Source of the DNA: Pseudomonas phage 5400
Strand: one strand, 5' to 3'
Sequence record: PQ758390.1
DNA: 37,128 nt
Below, in pieces: positions 14,282-23,556 of this stretch; position 1 is the stretch's first letter, and each line of letters starts with the position of its first letter. Both the position numbers and the translations under genes were made by a program. The notes below the pieces were generated by a model. The model searched no databases, was not told where the DNA came from, and saw only the letters and a program-made list of their open reading frames with translations.

Positions 14282-15675
14282 GCCGAGAGCTGTACAGCGA
14301 AGAGGCTGAGTTCGGCGTGCTCGGCGCTATCTTGCAGTCCGCGCTCCAGCAGAATCAGGAGCTGGTTGACGAGGCCTTGTCCAGCGTGACCGCTGCCGAT
14401 TTCTACTTCGAGGATAACGCCGCGCTGTTCCAGGCGATCAAGGATTGCTACGAGGAAGGGATTCCCGTCGATCCGGTGACCGTGGGAGTGGTCCGCGATG
14501 TGCTGCCCAGCGGCGCGAAGCTCATTCCCTATGCCGGGAACATTGCCCGCAATGTGCCTTCGGTGGCGAACTGGAGGACGTACGTCCGGCACGTCCGGGA
14601 GCGGGCCATCCTGCGTTGCTTGATCGACACGGCCGAGTCGGTGAAGGCCTCCGCCACGGATGACCGACCGTTGCCTGAGATCATCGCCAGAGCGCAGCAG
14701 GCGATGGCGGACCTGCGCGACCTCGATGACGAGGCGCCGAAGTACAAGCGGCTCGACGAGGTGATGCTCAAGGCTGTCGACGTTATCGACGACAAGTTCA
14801 ACGGCCGCGCGCCTCAGTGGCCCGGCACTGGCCTGGCCGATCTCGACAAGCTGGTGCGCGGCATCCGCCCTCGGAAACTCACCGTTATCGCCGGCCTTCC
14901 CGGCAGTGGCAAGACCACACTTGCCCTGCAAATCGCCCAGTACAACGCCTGCGAGGCGGGGGAGCCGTGGCTGGTGTTCTCCCTGGAAATGCCCGAGGAG
15001 GAGTTGGGCGTGCGCTCAATCGCCTCGCTGGGCGGAGTGGACCTGAAGCGCCTGGACGATCCGCAGCAGTTGGGTGACGACGACTGGCCGCGCATCACAT
15101 CTGCGGTGGCCAAGGCCAAGGGGGCGCCCTTGTTCATCTGCGACGATCCCAACGTGACCGCCAGCCAGATCCGCAGCACCGCGCGGTGTGTCAAGCGTGA
15201 GCACGGCCTGGCCGGTATCGTCGTTGACTACCTGGGCCTGATTCCACCAGAGGCGAAAGGGCGCACGCGCAGCGAGGAAGTGGGCAAGACCAACAAGTCG
15301 CTGTTGCGCCTGGCCAAGGAGCTCGGCGTTCCAGTCATCGAGCTGGCGCAGCTCAACCGCGACTCGACCAAGCGCCCCGGTAAGCGCCCGCAGTCGAGCG
15401 ACCTGCGCGACTCGGGGGAGATCGAGGCCGACGCCAGTTGCATCCTGATGGTCCACCGGGACATGGATAGCGAGGCCGGCCAGAACGGCATCACCGAGAT
15501 CCTGATGACCAAGTGCCGACACGCGCCGCCGGGCATGTGCCTGCTCCAGCAGCAGGGCATGTACGGACGATTCGTCAACTTCGCCGGCCCACGCGAGATG
15601 AGCCAAGAGGAGGTCGAGATGGGGCGTAGCTACTTCGCCAACAAACACGGCAAGAAAAAGGGGAAGGCCGCATGA
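14278..15675 (+). CDS. replicative DNA helicase (DnaB family)
   Basis: DnaB N-domain (EAEFGVLGAILQ...) and RecA-like core with VIAGLPGSGKTTLALQIAQ. GTG start overlaps the loader stop. Confidence 0.95.
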   Translation: MSRELYSEEAEFGVLGAILQSALQQNQELVDEALSSVTAADFYFEDNAALFQAIKDCYEEGIPVDPVTVGVVRDVLPSGAKLIPYAGNIARNVPSVANWRTYVRHVRERAILRCLIDTAESVKASATDDRPLPEIIARAQQAMADLRDLDDEAPKYKRLDEVMLKAVDVIDDKFNGRAPQWPGTGLADLDKLVRGIRPRKLTVIAGLPGSGKTTLALQIAQYNACEAGEPWLVFSLEMPEEELGVRSIASLGGVDLKRLDDPQQLGDDDWPRITSAVAKAKGAPLFICDDPNVTASQIRSTARCVKREHGLAGIVVDYLGLIPPEAKGRTRSEEVGKTNKSLLRLAKELGVPVIELAQLNRDSTKRPGKRPQSSDLRDSGEIEADASCILMVHRDMDSEAGQNGITEILMTKCRHAPPGMCLLQQQGMYGRFVNFAGPREMSQEEVEMGRSYFANKHGKKKGKAA

Positions 15676-15950
15676 GCAACGTACAACCGATGGCACCCCG
15701 CAAGGTCATGACCAGGCTGGAGCGGGAGTTTCTCAAGGTGGCCGGCCAGGAGCTGGCGCAGGTCAAGGTGGGCGGTGCTGCTGCCTTGGCTGCGCTGCTG
15801 GTCATGATCGCCAACTGGCACGGTGACCGCGGCACTCTGGGCTTCCACGATTACGGTCGGCTCTGGCTGCAGGACGGCAACGCAAAGGGCGCGGCGGTGG
15901 AAACGCTGCTGCGCGATCTGTTTGGCCTGAACGGTCCGGGGGCGGCATGA
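15672..15950 (+). CDS. hypothetical protein
   Basis: ATGA overlaps on both sides. Confidence 0.55.
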   Translation: MSNVQPMAPRKVMTRLEREFLKVAGQELAQVKVGGAAALAALLVMIANWHGDRGTLGFHDYGRLWLQDGNAKGAAVETLLRDLFGLNGPGAA

Positions 15951-16336
15951 GCAGAACTCGAACCTACGTGGACAAGCTGCTGGGCGATACCGAGTATCTC
16001 CTCGAACAGTGGGGGTGGTGGCGCATGGATGGGATGGGGGTTCCCGGGTATGTGTCGCCGGCCGCCGCTATCATGAGCCAAGCCATGCCAATGTCGAGCC
16101 CCAAGGCCTACCACGTCACTGACGATATGGCCTTGGCCGTCGACCGGGTCATTGCTCGACTCATTGACAGGGCGCCGCAGGCTGGTGATTTCGTGTGGCT
16201 CTACTACGGCGCGAAGTGGCCGGCCCTGCGCATCGCGCGTGAACACCAGATCGGCGAGGCGAAGGTCAGGGAGACTCTGAAGTTGGCGGTGGGCTGGGTC
16301 GATAGCGCCCTGGAGCGGTTCCGCGAGAGCGCTTGA
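15947..16336 (+). CDS. putative late-gene antiterminator (Q-like)
   Basis: Last gene before an 800-bp region of tandem terminators that precedes the lysis cassette. I recall the motif YLLEQWGWW as belonging to a short Q-like family in Pseudomonas lambdoid prophages. Confidence 0.45.
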   Translation: MSRTRTYVDKLLGDTEYLLEQWGWWRMDGMGVPGYVSPAAAIMSQAMPMSSPKAYHVTDDMALAVDRVIARLIDRAPQAGDFVWLYYGAKWPALRIAREHQIGEAKVRETLKLAVGWVDSALERFRESA

Positions 16337-16412
16337 GGAATAGCTTTACACGCGGAATAAGGGGTGTTTTCATCCCAGCGTGAATTGCTGTGAACGCAGC
16401 GTGACGCACTCG

Positions 16413-16441
16413 AAACCCGGCCCCTGGCGCCGGGTTTTTTA
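16413..16441 (+). terminator. intrinsic terminator 1 (tR'-like)
   Basis: aaacccggc / gccgggttt stem, then TTTTTTATT. Confidence 0.6.
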
Positions 16442-16526
16442 TTGCGTAGATTGGCTTGGCGCGGCATCATCACGCCCCCGTCTGACTCGATGTTTTCCGT
16501 CCTTGGCTTTCAGCGAGATGGACGGG

Positions 16527-16558
16527 AAGCCCGGTTGCCCCCGCTCCGGGCTTTTTCA
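16527..16558 (+). terminator. intrinsic terminator 2
   Basis: aagcccgg / ccgggctt stem with an 11-nt loop, then TTTTTCATT. Confidence 0.45.
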
Positions 16559-16678
16559 TTCGAAGGTCAGAAACTCGGTAGACGGCAGTCTCACCTGCCA
16601 CATCAAAGTGACGGGTTACCGACCCACAAGGCCTTCACCCTTGCGATAATGACCATCTCGAAGCCGAGAGGTGGTCCT

Positions 16679-16900
16679 ATGAGAAGTCCAGATATCAAGG
16701 TCGTGAAGCTCGAGGGGGACGCAGTCCCCTGGTCTATACGCGATGCCGGCCATGAGGCCTGTTTCGTGGTTATGCATGGCCTGACGCTGAGGAGCGATTT
16801 CTTGTATTCCGAGGAAGAGGCTGAGGCGGTGGCAGACGCGGTGCACCTAGAGATCATCGAAGAGATGAGATCGATGCTGGAGTCTGTCCGAGGACGATAG
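16679..16900 (+). CDS. small hypothetical protein (73 aa) between the terminator pairs
   Basis: MRSPDIKVVKLEGDAVPWSIRDAGHEACFVVMHGLTLRSDFLYSEEEAEAVADAVHLEIIEEMRSMLESVRGR. ATG preceded by GAGAGGTGG. Confidence 0.5.
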   Translation: MRSPDIKVVKLEGDAVPWSIRDAGHEACFVVMHGLTLRSDFLYSEEEAEAVADAVHLEIIEEMRSMLESVRGR

Positions 16901-16967
16901 TCGATCAATGCAGGTGGAGCGCAGGATGCGCACGGGGTAGTGGCCCCTATCCACCCGCACCTATTTC

Positions 16968-16998
16968 AGAGCCCAGCCCCGTGCTGGGCTTTTTCGTT
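16968..16998 (+). terminator. intrinsic terminator 3
   Basis: gagcccagc-cccgt-gctgggctt then TTTTTCGTTT. Confidence 0.55.
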
Positions 16999-17066
16999 TC
17001 TGCAGGTGGCGCATTGCGCTGCGGGGCGCGCGGCCCCCTTGAAAGGCCGTACCTGCACCCATCCCT

Positions 17067-17096
17067 GGCCCAGCCCTCGCGCTGGGCTTTTTCATT
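17067..17096 (+). terminator. intrinsic terminator 4, a near copy of terminator 3
   Basis: ggcccagc-cctcgc-gctgggct then TTTTTCATTTCC. Confidence 0.55.
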
Positions 17097-17123
17097 TCCG
17101 CCCCGGCGAGGGGAACCGAGACG

Positions 17124-17456
17124 ATGAAGATGCCTGACAAACCCGACACTTGGGCGGCTGTGCTCGCCTGGCTGAGCCAGCATGCGCCGATCATCTACGC
17201 CTCCCTGCTGTCGTGGGCCATGGCCATGGCCAGGATCATCTACGGCGGCGGCACGCGCCGGCAGGCGCTCTTGGAGGGCGCGCTGTGCGGGGGGCTGGCG
17301 CTGACGATCATCAGCGGCTTCGAGTTCTTTGGCGTGCCGCAGAGCATGGCCACCTTCATTGGTGGCTGGATCGGCTTCTTGGGCGTCGAGAAGATCCGTG
17401 ACCTGGCCGACCGTTACGCTGGGATCAAGCTGCCGCGTCGAGGGTCTGGCGAATGA
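17124..17456 (+). CDS. holin
   Basis: 110 aa, 3 predicted TM, charged C-terminus. Directly upstream of the endolysin with ATGA overlap. Confidence 0.75.
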   Translation: MKMPDKPDTWAAVLAWLSQHAPIIYASLLSWAMAMARIIYGGGTRRQALLEGALCGGLALTIISGFEFFGVPQSMATFIGGWIGFLGVEKIRDLADRYAGIKLPRRGSGE

Positions 17457-18064
17457 AGATCACTGCCGATCAACTCGACCGCGCTACCGGCTGCGGTGCC
17501 GCTACTGCCTCGACTTGGGTCGAGCACATCAACGGCGCCATGGCTCGGTTCGAGATCAACACGGCTGAGCGCGTGGCGATGTTCCTGGCCCAAGTTGGGC
17601 ACGAAAGCCAGAGCCTCAAGCGTCTGATCGAGAACCTGAACTACTCCGCCGAGGGGCTGCTCAAGACCTGGCCGAAGCGGTTCACGCCGGTAGAGGCTCG
17701 CCAGTATGCCCGCCAGCCCGAGCGCATCGCGAACCGCGTGTACGCAAACCGGATGGGCAACGGGTCGCCGGATACGGGCGATGGGTATCGATACCGTGGT
17801 CGTGGCCTGATCATGATCACCGGCCACGACAACTACGCCGAAGCTGCCCGCGCACTGGCGCTGCCGCTTGTGGCGCAACCGGAGCTGCTGGAGCAACGGA
17901 CCTGGGCAGCCATCGCCGCGGCATGGTGGTGGAAGTCGAGGAGTTTAAACGAACTGGCCGATCAGGGCCGTTTCGAGAAGATCACCCTCCGCATAAACGG
18001 ATCGTTTACCGGGGCCGAGGATCGCAAGGCCCGGCTCGAATGGGCGCGCGCCGCCCTTAACTGA
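17453..18064 (+). CDS. endolysin, glycoside hydrolase family 19 (chitinase-like)
   Basis: LAQVGHESQSL ... YRGRGLIMITGHDNY are GH19 catalytic-region motifs. Confidence 0.85.
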   Translation: MKITADQLDRATGCGAATASTWVEHINGAMARFEINTAERVAMFLAQVGHESQSLKRLIENLNYSAEGLLKTWPKRFTPVEARQYARQPERIANRVYANRMGNGSPDTGDGYRYRGRGLIMITGHDNYAEAARALALPLVAQPELLEQRTWAAIAAAWWWKSRSLNELADQGRFEKITLRINGSFTGAEDRKARLEWARAALN

Positions 18065-18077
18065 GAGGTATCAACCA

Positions 18078-18308
18078 ATGGACAATCAGCACAAGAAAAT
18101 CACCGGCTACCGTGACCTGAGCCAATCCGAGATTGATGGTATGAACTCGATCAAGGCCTTGGAGCAGGACGCAGGGCGGCTGTTCAAGCAGATCGGCGAG
18201 ATCGATGGCGTCGATCCGCGACTGCTTGCCCTGGCCAAAACGAACTTGCAGCAGGGTTTCATGTGGTTCGTGCGTTCGATCGCCAAGCCCGCCGATCCAT
18301 TCTCCTGA
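18078..18308 (+). CDS. hypothetical protein between endolysin and spanin genes
   Basis: 76-aa ORF. No recognised domain. Confidence 0.45.
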   Translation: MDNQHKKITGYRDLSQSEIDGMNSIKALEQDAGRLFKQIGEIDGVDPRLLALAKTNLQQGFMWFVRSIAKPADPFS

Positions 18309-18314
18309 TTTGTC

Positions 18315-18788
18315 ATGAACTGGAAACCCTGGCTGATCGTCGCGCTGGTAGCCGCTCTGGTGTTCTGGCGCCTCGATCACGTGACCGCCCAGCGTGATGA
18401 CCTGCAGGCCGCCGTCGAGCAATCCACCGAGACGATCACCGCCATGGCCCAGCAGGCCCAGCGCGACACCCAGGCGCAGGCCCAGACCGATGCCCTGGCC
18501 CGAACCTACCAAGCAGCACTGCAGGCCTCCCATGAAGAAAACCAATTGCGCCGCGATGCTATCGGCACTGGTGCTCGCGTCGTGTACGTCAAAGCCCGCT
18601 GTCCCGCAGACGGAGTGCACCAGGCTCCCGGAGCCTCCGGCAGCGCTGATGCAGGAAGAGCCGTCCTTGCTGCCGCTGATGGACAAGTTGTTTCTGATCT
18701 CCGAGCCGGAGTCGAGCGACGCGAACTGATGATCAAGGCCTTGCGAGAGCACATTGCGGGGCTGCAGAAGTTGTGCCGGAGGATTTGA
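18315..18788 (+). CDS. Rz-like inner-membrane spanin (i-spanin)
   Basis: N-terminal TM (WLIVALVAALVFW) then a long coiled coil rich in Q/A/E/R. Confidence 0.7.
   Translation: MNWKPWLIVALVAALVFWRLDHVTAQRDDLQAAVEQSTETITAMAQQAQRDTQAQAQTDALARTYQAALQASHEENQLRRDAIGTGARVVYVKARCPADGVHQAPGASGSADAGRAVLAAADGQVVSDLRAGVERRELMIKALREHIAGLQKLCRRI
18532..18729 (+). CDS. Rz1-like outer-membrane lipoprotein spanin (o-spanin), embedded in the +1 frame of Rz
   Basis: MKKTNCAAMLSALVLASC: signal peptide plus lipobox LASC. The mature part is Pro-rich. Entirely inside the Rz ORF. Confidence 0.6.
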   Translation: MKKTNCAAMLSALVLASCTSKPAVPQTECTRLPEPPAALMQEEPSLLPLMDKLFLISEPESSDAN

Positions 18789-19117
18789 TGTCCAGGCTAA
18801 AGACTCTCGGGTTCCGCGTGGCGGCCCAGGGTGAGCGACTGAAGGTTGCGGCGCCTGGTTCGTGGCGGACCGGTAAGACCTCAACCGAGCGAGGCTACGA
18901 CTACCGATGGCAGCAGGCCCGTGAGCAGTACCTTCGCGATCATCCATTGTGCGTGTACTGCGCGCGCAAGGGCTTGGTCACGGCGGCCAACACCGTTGAC
19001 CACATCGTGGCTCACCGAGGCGATACGGACCTGTTCTGGGACAAGGACAACTGGCAGCCGCTATGCGGACCCTGTCACTCCTCGGTCAAGCAGGCCGAAG
19101 AGGCGGCAGGGTTCTAA
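18788..19117 (+). CDS. HNH endonuclease (terminase-associated type)
   Basis: CVYCARKG...TVDHIVAH...NWQPLCGPCH. Located directly upstream of terS as in HK97-like cos phages. ATG at 18788 overlaps the Rz stop. Confidence 0.8.
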   Translation: MSRLKTLGFRVAAQGERLKVAAPGSWRTGKTSTERGYDYRWQQAREQYLRDHPLCVYCARKGLVTAANTVDHIVAHRGDTDLFWDKDNWQPLCGPCHSSVKQAEEAAGF

Positions 19118-19140
19118 CGACCCTGTACCAAGGAGCAACC

Positions 19141-19395
19141 ATGCGAACCCAACCACACCCCGAAGGCGTTGAGATCAACCCGCACCGGCCGTGGGGACCA
19201 CAAGACGTGCAGGGATACAGCGCGGAAGTGGTCAAGGCCATGAATCTGCTGGAGCCGCTTCTACAGGCCGGACTGCTGGCCCTGGTGCCTGACCAATGGA
19301 GCGGCGGCAAGTTGACCTTCCTCACCCCGTCGAGAGCTGCGAGGCAGGGATGGAGGCCGCCACAGGCTGACCAAGGGGGAGAGGCACGCGGCTGA
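19141..19395 (+). CDS. hypothetical protein
   Basis: ATG at 19141 after AAGGAG. Confidence 0.5.
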   Translation: MRTQPHPEGVEINPHRPWGPQDVQGYSAEVVKAMNLLEPLLQAGLLALVPDQWSGGKLTFLTPSRAARQGWRPPQADQGGEARG

Positions 19396-19453
19396 CGTGC
19401 TTCAAGTGGTATGAGGCACGCCAATGACGTGCAACAAGGGTGGGGGGGGGGGT
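19381..19453. repeat. two 20-bp direct repeats (GAGGCACGC-N3-TGACGTGC) plus a 10-G run; candidate cos / terminase-binding region
   Basis: Repeats at 19381-19400 and 19413-19432 with 17 of 20 identity. GGGTGGGGGGGGGGTG at 19438-19453. About 80 bp upstream of terS. Confidence 0.35.
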
Positions 19454-19533
19454 GAAAATATCCGGTTTCGCCTGAAGCTAGACCGCCCCCGCCCGCATTC
19501 GCACATTTTTTCCGATCTCTAGGAATTTTGTTA

Positions 19534-20025
19534 ATGGCGTTAACAGACAAACAGCGACGGTTTGTTGACGCGAAGGCCCGAGGAGCATCCAACAAAGCTG
19601 CCGCCGAAGCCGCTGGCTACGCGCCTTCCAGCTCTGCGGCCGCTGGCGCCCGACTTGCCAAGCACCCCGAAATCATCGCCGCCCTGAAGATGTTAAAGGG
19701 GCGGCGAGATGTTAAAGCCAAGGAGCCTTCGCCGAAGCAGGGCGAGGACCATGAAGCGCCGCTCGGCGATGAGCAGGAACCTGATGGCGAGTACCTGGAT
19801 TGCCTGCCGTTTACGGAGGACCCGCTGGTCTGGCTGGTCAACCTGATGAATGAGCCGCGGGCGAAGGTCTTCGATCGCCGCAGCGCGGCTCAGAAAGCTG
19901 TCGACTTCTTCCATGGCAAGAAGGGCGAGATGGGCAAGAAGGAACAGAAGGCCGAGGCCGCGAAGCAAGCCGGCAAAGGCAAGTTCGGCCAGGGCAAGCC
20001 TCCACTATCCGTCGTCAGGGGGTAA
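19534..20025 (+). CDS. terminase small subunit
   Basis: LTDKQRRFVDAKARGASNKAAAEAAGY is the terS (Terminase_2-like) N-terminal HTH motif. Confidence 0.8.
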   Translation: MALTDKQRRFVDAKARGASNKAAAEAAGYAPSSSAAAGARLAKHPEIIAALKMLKGRRDVKAKEPSPKQGEDHEAPLGDEQEPDGEYLDCLPFTEDPLVWLVNLMNEPRAKVFDRRSAAQKAVDFFHGKKGEMGKKEQKAEAAKQAGKGKFGQGKPPLSVVRG

Positions 20026-20028
20026 ACC

Positions 20029-21708
20029 ATGCTCTGGACCACTGCCTGCCCTGACTGGTGGCGGCGCTTGAGTGCTGGTGAATCCATCATTCCGCCGCCG
20101 CTCTTTCCTGAGGAGGCCGAGGAGGGGCTCAGCGTCTTCCGGGAACTGAAGATCGTAGACGCTCCCGGCTCCCCGACAATCGAGGCCGCATGCGCCCCCT
20201 GGGTGCTCGACTTCGCCGGCGCCATCTTCGGCAGCTACAACAATGAGACCGGCCAGCGACTGATCACTGAGTACTTCCTCTGCATCCCGAAGAAGAACTC
20301 GAAGTCGACCATCGCAGCCGCGATCATGCTGACCGCCTTGATCCGCAACTGGCGGCTTGAGGCCGAATTCATCATCCTGGCGCCGACCAAGGAGATCGCC
20401 GACAACAGCTTCAAGCCGGCGGCGGCGATGGTGAAGCACGACGAAGAGTTGTCGGATCTGCTTCATGTTCAACCGCACCTGCGGCTGATTACCCACAATC
20501 AGACTGGAGCCACCCTGAAGGTAGTGGCCGCTGATAGCGATGTGGTCGGTGGCAAGAAGGCCGTCGGCGTGCTGATCGATGAGGCCTGGCTGTTCGGCAA
20601 GAACCCGAAGGCACCGGACATGATTCGGGAGGCCACTGGCGGCCTGCTGTCTCGCCCTGAAGGTTTCATCATCTGGCTCACGACCCAGTCGAACGAGCCG
20701 CCCGCCGGGGTGTTCAGGTCCAAGCTGACCTATGCCCGGGGCGTCCGTGACGGGCGCATCGAAGACAACCGGTTTCTGCCGATCATCTACGAGTTCCCGA
20801 AGGAGATGATCGAGAGCGGAGAGGCGCGCCGGCCAGAGAACTTCCACCTGGTCAACCCGAACATGGGCTACTCGGTGGATCGGCCTACCCTCGAGCGCCT
20901 GTTTATGCAGGCAGAACTCGACGGTGAGGCCGAGGTGCGCGGGTTCCTCGCCAAATTCCTGAACATCGAGATCGGGCTGGCGCTGATGTCCGACAGTTGG
21001 GTCGGCGCCGCATTCTGGGAGCCGCAGGCGCTGCCAGGCCTTTCGCTGGATGCCCTGATTGAGCGCTGCGAGGTGATTGTTGGCGGCGTCGACGGTGGCG
21101 GCCTAGACGACCTGCTGGCGCTGACGCTGTTGGGCCGTGAGCGAGGGGGGCGCCGGTGGTTTCACTGGGCGCATGCCTGGGCGCACCCCTCGGTGCTGGA
21201 GCGCCGGAAGTCCGAGGCTCCCCGGCTCCATGACCTCGCGGCGGCTGGTGATCTGACCCTGGTTGAGAAAATCGGCGATGACGTTGAGGAGTTGGCGGCG
21301 TATGTCGCTCGGGTCAACGACGCCGGTCTGCTCGACAACGTCGGGCTCGACCCTGCCGGCATTGGCGCCGTGATCGATGCGCTATTGGCGGCGGGGATCA
21401 CCGAAGAGCAGATAGTCGGCATCTCTCAGGGCTGGAAACTGACCGGGGCCATCAAGACCACGGAAAGGAAGCTGGCCGAGGGTGTGTTGATGCACTGCGG
21501 TCAGTTGCTTATGGCCTGGGCCTGCGGCAACGCCAAGGGCGTGCCTTCCGCCAACGCTTTCCTGATCACCAAGCAGGCTTCCGGCACCGCGAAGATCGAC
21601 CCGTTGATGTCGACGTTCAACGCGGTATCGCTGTTGTCCCTCAATCCGGAGGCGCGCGGCGGCATGGATGACTACCTCAACAACGGCTTCTTTGGACTCA
21701 TAGGCTGA
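20029..21708 (+). CDS. terminase large subunit
   Basis: 559 aa between terS and portal. ATPase N-domain and nuclease C-domain layout. Confidence 0.9.
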   Translation: MLWTTACPDWWRRLSAGESIIPPPLFPEEAEEGLSVFRELKIVDAPGSPTIEAACAPWVLDFAGAIFGSYNNETGQRLITEYFLCIPKKNSKSTIAAAIMLTALIRNWRLEAEFIILAPTKEIADNSFKPAAAMVKHDEELSDLLHVQPHLRLITHNQTGATLKVVAADSDVVGGKKAVGVLIDEAWLFGKNPKAPDMIREATGGLLSRPEGFIIWLTTQSNEPPAGVFRSKLTYARGVRDGRIEDNRFLPIIYEFPKEMIESGEARRPENFHLVNPNMGYSVDRPTLERLFMQAELDGEAEVRGFLAKFLNIEIGLALMSDSWVGAAFWEPQALPGLSLDALIERCEVIVGGVDGGGLDDLLALTLLGRERGGRRWFHWAHAWAHPSVLERRKSEAPRLHDLAAAGDLTLVEKIGDDVEELAAYVARVNDAGLLDNVGLDPAGIGAVIDALLAAGITEEQIVGISQGWKLTGAIKTTERKLAEGVLMHCGQLLMAWACGNAKGVPSANAFLITKQASGTAKIDPLMSTFNAVSLLSLNPEARGGMDDYLNNGFFGLIG

Positions 21709-21710
21709 CC

Positions 21711-22928
21711 ATGACATTTCGCTGGTACAACCCTCGCACGTGGCGGATGTTCGGCTACACCGACCCAGCCACGGGTGATTACGTCGAGGTAGACCTTGAG
21801 GTCGGCGGCAAGAGCACAAAGGCCGGCGTGCGAGTGACCACCAAGACCGCGCTGTCGATCAGCATGGTCTGGTCGTGCGTGAAGATCCTTTCGGAGTCGC
21901 TGTCGGGCCTGCCGCTGAAGCTCTACGAGGATGTGGACGGCGAACGGCTGCTGGTGTCGCGAAAGGATGGAGCGCAGAAGCTCCTCCGCAAGCCCAACCC
22001 ATTCATGACGAGGCTGAACTTCCTGAAGTTCGTGGTTGTGAACATGGCGCTGCGTGGTAACGCCTTCGCACTGATCGAACGCAACCGCCACGGCGAGCCG
22101 ATCGGTTGGATTCCGCTCAGTATCGACCTGGTGACCATCGACACCGACGAGGACCTTCTCTACTGGGTGCAGCCCAAGGATGGGAAACCATTCCCGGTTT
22201 CTCCGGAGAACATGCTGCATTTCAAGATATTCAGCATGGACGGCATTGTCGGCTTGTCGCCTATCGAGTACCAGGCGGAGACCATGGGCCTGGCCAAGGC
22301 GGGCCAGCAATGGTCTGCGCGCTTCATGCGTAAAGGCGGCTTCACGGGTGGCTATGTCATCTACAAGGAGTTCCTGACCGACAAGCAGCAGACTCAGGTC
22401 ATGGCCAGGTTTCCGGACGTCCGTAAGGCGGACGCGGACGACATCGGCAAGATGGCCATCCTGCAGGGTGGCCCGACCATCGTTCCTGCCGGCATAAGCC
22501 AGAAGGATGCTCAGTTCATCGAGTCCCAGCAGTTCCAAGAGGAAGCGCTTGCCGGCATCTACGGCGTGCCGCTCTGGCTGGCCAACCGCGCCGGCAAGAC
22601 CTCGATCATGGGTTCCAACCTCGAACAGCAGTTGACTGGCTTCACCACCTTTGGCCTTAAACCATACGCCGATGCAGTTGAGGATGAGCTCAACGACAAG
22701 CTTTATGGTGACTCGGACCGCTTCGTCGAGTTCGTGCTCGAAGGTCTGCAGCGCGCTGACAGCGCCGGTCGCGCCACTCTGTTCGCTGCGGCTCTTGGTG
22801 GCTCCGGTGGTTCCGGCTGGATGACCATCAACGAAGTTCGCCGCAAAGAAAACCTTCCGCCACTTGATGGCCCTGAATACGACCGGGTCTCCCGGTGGGA
22901 GATGCAGACCAATGCTCAGCAAACTTGA
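21711..22928 (+). CDS. portal protein (HK97 family)
   Basis: 405 aa. Follows terL and precedes the prohead protease. Confidence 0.9.
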   Translation: MTFRWYNPRTWRMFGYTDPATGDYVEVDLEVGGKSTKAGVRVTTKTALSISMVWSCVKILSESLSGLPLKLYEDVDGERLLVSRKDGAQKLLRKPNPFMTRLNFLKFVVVNMALRGNAFALIERNRHGEPIGWIPLSIDLVTIDTDEDLLYWVQPKDGKPFPVSPENMLHFKIFSMDGIVGLSPIEYQAETMGLAKAGQQWSARFMRKGGFTGGYVIYKEFLTDKQQTQVMARFPDVRKADADDIGKMAILQGGPTIVPAGISQKDAQFIESQQFQEEALAGIYGVPLWLANRAGKTSIMGSNLEQQLTGFTTFGLKPYADAVEDELNDKLYGDSDRFVEFVLEGLQRADSAGRATLFAAALGGSGGSGWMTINEVRRKENLPPLDGPEYDRVSRWEMQTNAQQT

Positions 22929-23556
22929 TTGCCCCTTCGAGGTGAAGGCCGCTGACGAGGCGGGCAACTTCGAGGGCTACGCCGCAGTGTTCGACAACGT
23001 CGACCTCGGCGATGACGTGATCCTCAAGGGCGCCTTCACCAAGGTGAAGACCGCTCGCAACGGCCGGTTGAAGCTGGCGCTGTACCACGATCTGACTCGG
23101 CTGGTCGGAACCTCGGAGTTCACCCAGGACGACCGAGGGCTGTTCCTCAAGGGCCGAGTAAACCTGGCAGTCAGTTACGCACGCGACGCCTACGAGCTGA
23201 TGAAGGACGGCAGCCTCGACAGCATGTCAATCGGGTTCAACACCATCGAAGCCAACTTCGAGCAGCGCGCCGGGCGGCAGGTCCGAGTCATCAAGGCCGC
23301 CGAACTCTGGGAAGCGTCGTTCGTTCCGTTCGGCATGAACCCTGAGGCCGAAGTCCTCAGCGTCAAGTCGGACATCCGGCTTTTCGAGAACGCCCTGCGC
23401 GAACGCATGGGCCTCTCGCAGAAGGAAGCGGCAGCAGTCGCTTCGCTCGGCTACCCCGCGCTCCGCCGTGACGGCGGTAGCGAGGCCACGGCGATCGTGG
23501 AAGAGCTGAAAGACATTTCAACCCTGTTCACCACCCATTTTGGAGTATCGCCATGA
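22912..23556 (+). CDS. prohead maturation protease (HK97 / U35 family)
   Basis: MLSKLDCPFEVKAADEAGNFEGYAAVFDNVDLGDDVILKGAF is the characteristic N-terminus. I chose the ATG at 22912. Confidence 0.85.
   Translation: MLSKLDCPFEVKAADEAGNFEGYAAVFDNVDLGDDVILKGAFTKVKTARNGRLKLALYHDLTRLVGTSEFTQDDRGLFLKGRVNLAVSYARDAYELMKDGSLDSMSIGFNTIEANFEQRAGRQVRVIKAAELWEASFVPFGMNPEAEVLSVKSDIRLFENALRERMGLSQKEAAAVASLGYPALRRDGGSEATAIVEELKDISTLFTTHFGVSP

Noticed and set aside
13927-14931. 334-aa minus-strand ORF over the loader and helicase genes
   Set aside because: Antisense. The plus strand has Walker motifs and DnaB homology.
16442-16900. Full 152-aa ORF
   Set aside because: The N-terminal half runs through terminator 2 and is low complexity. 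Only the C-terminal 73 codons, from the ATG at 16679 with an SD, look like a gene.
20005-22967. 280-aa and 431-aa minus-strand ORFs over terL and portal
   Set aside because: Antisense artefacts of high-GC coding DNA.
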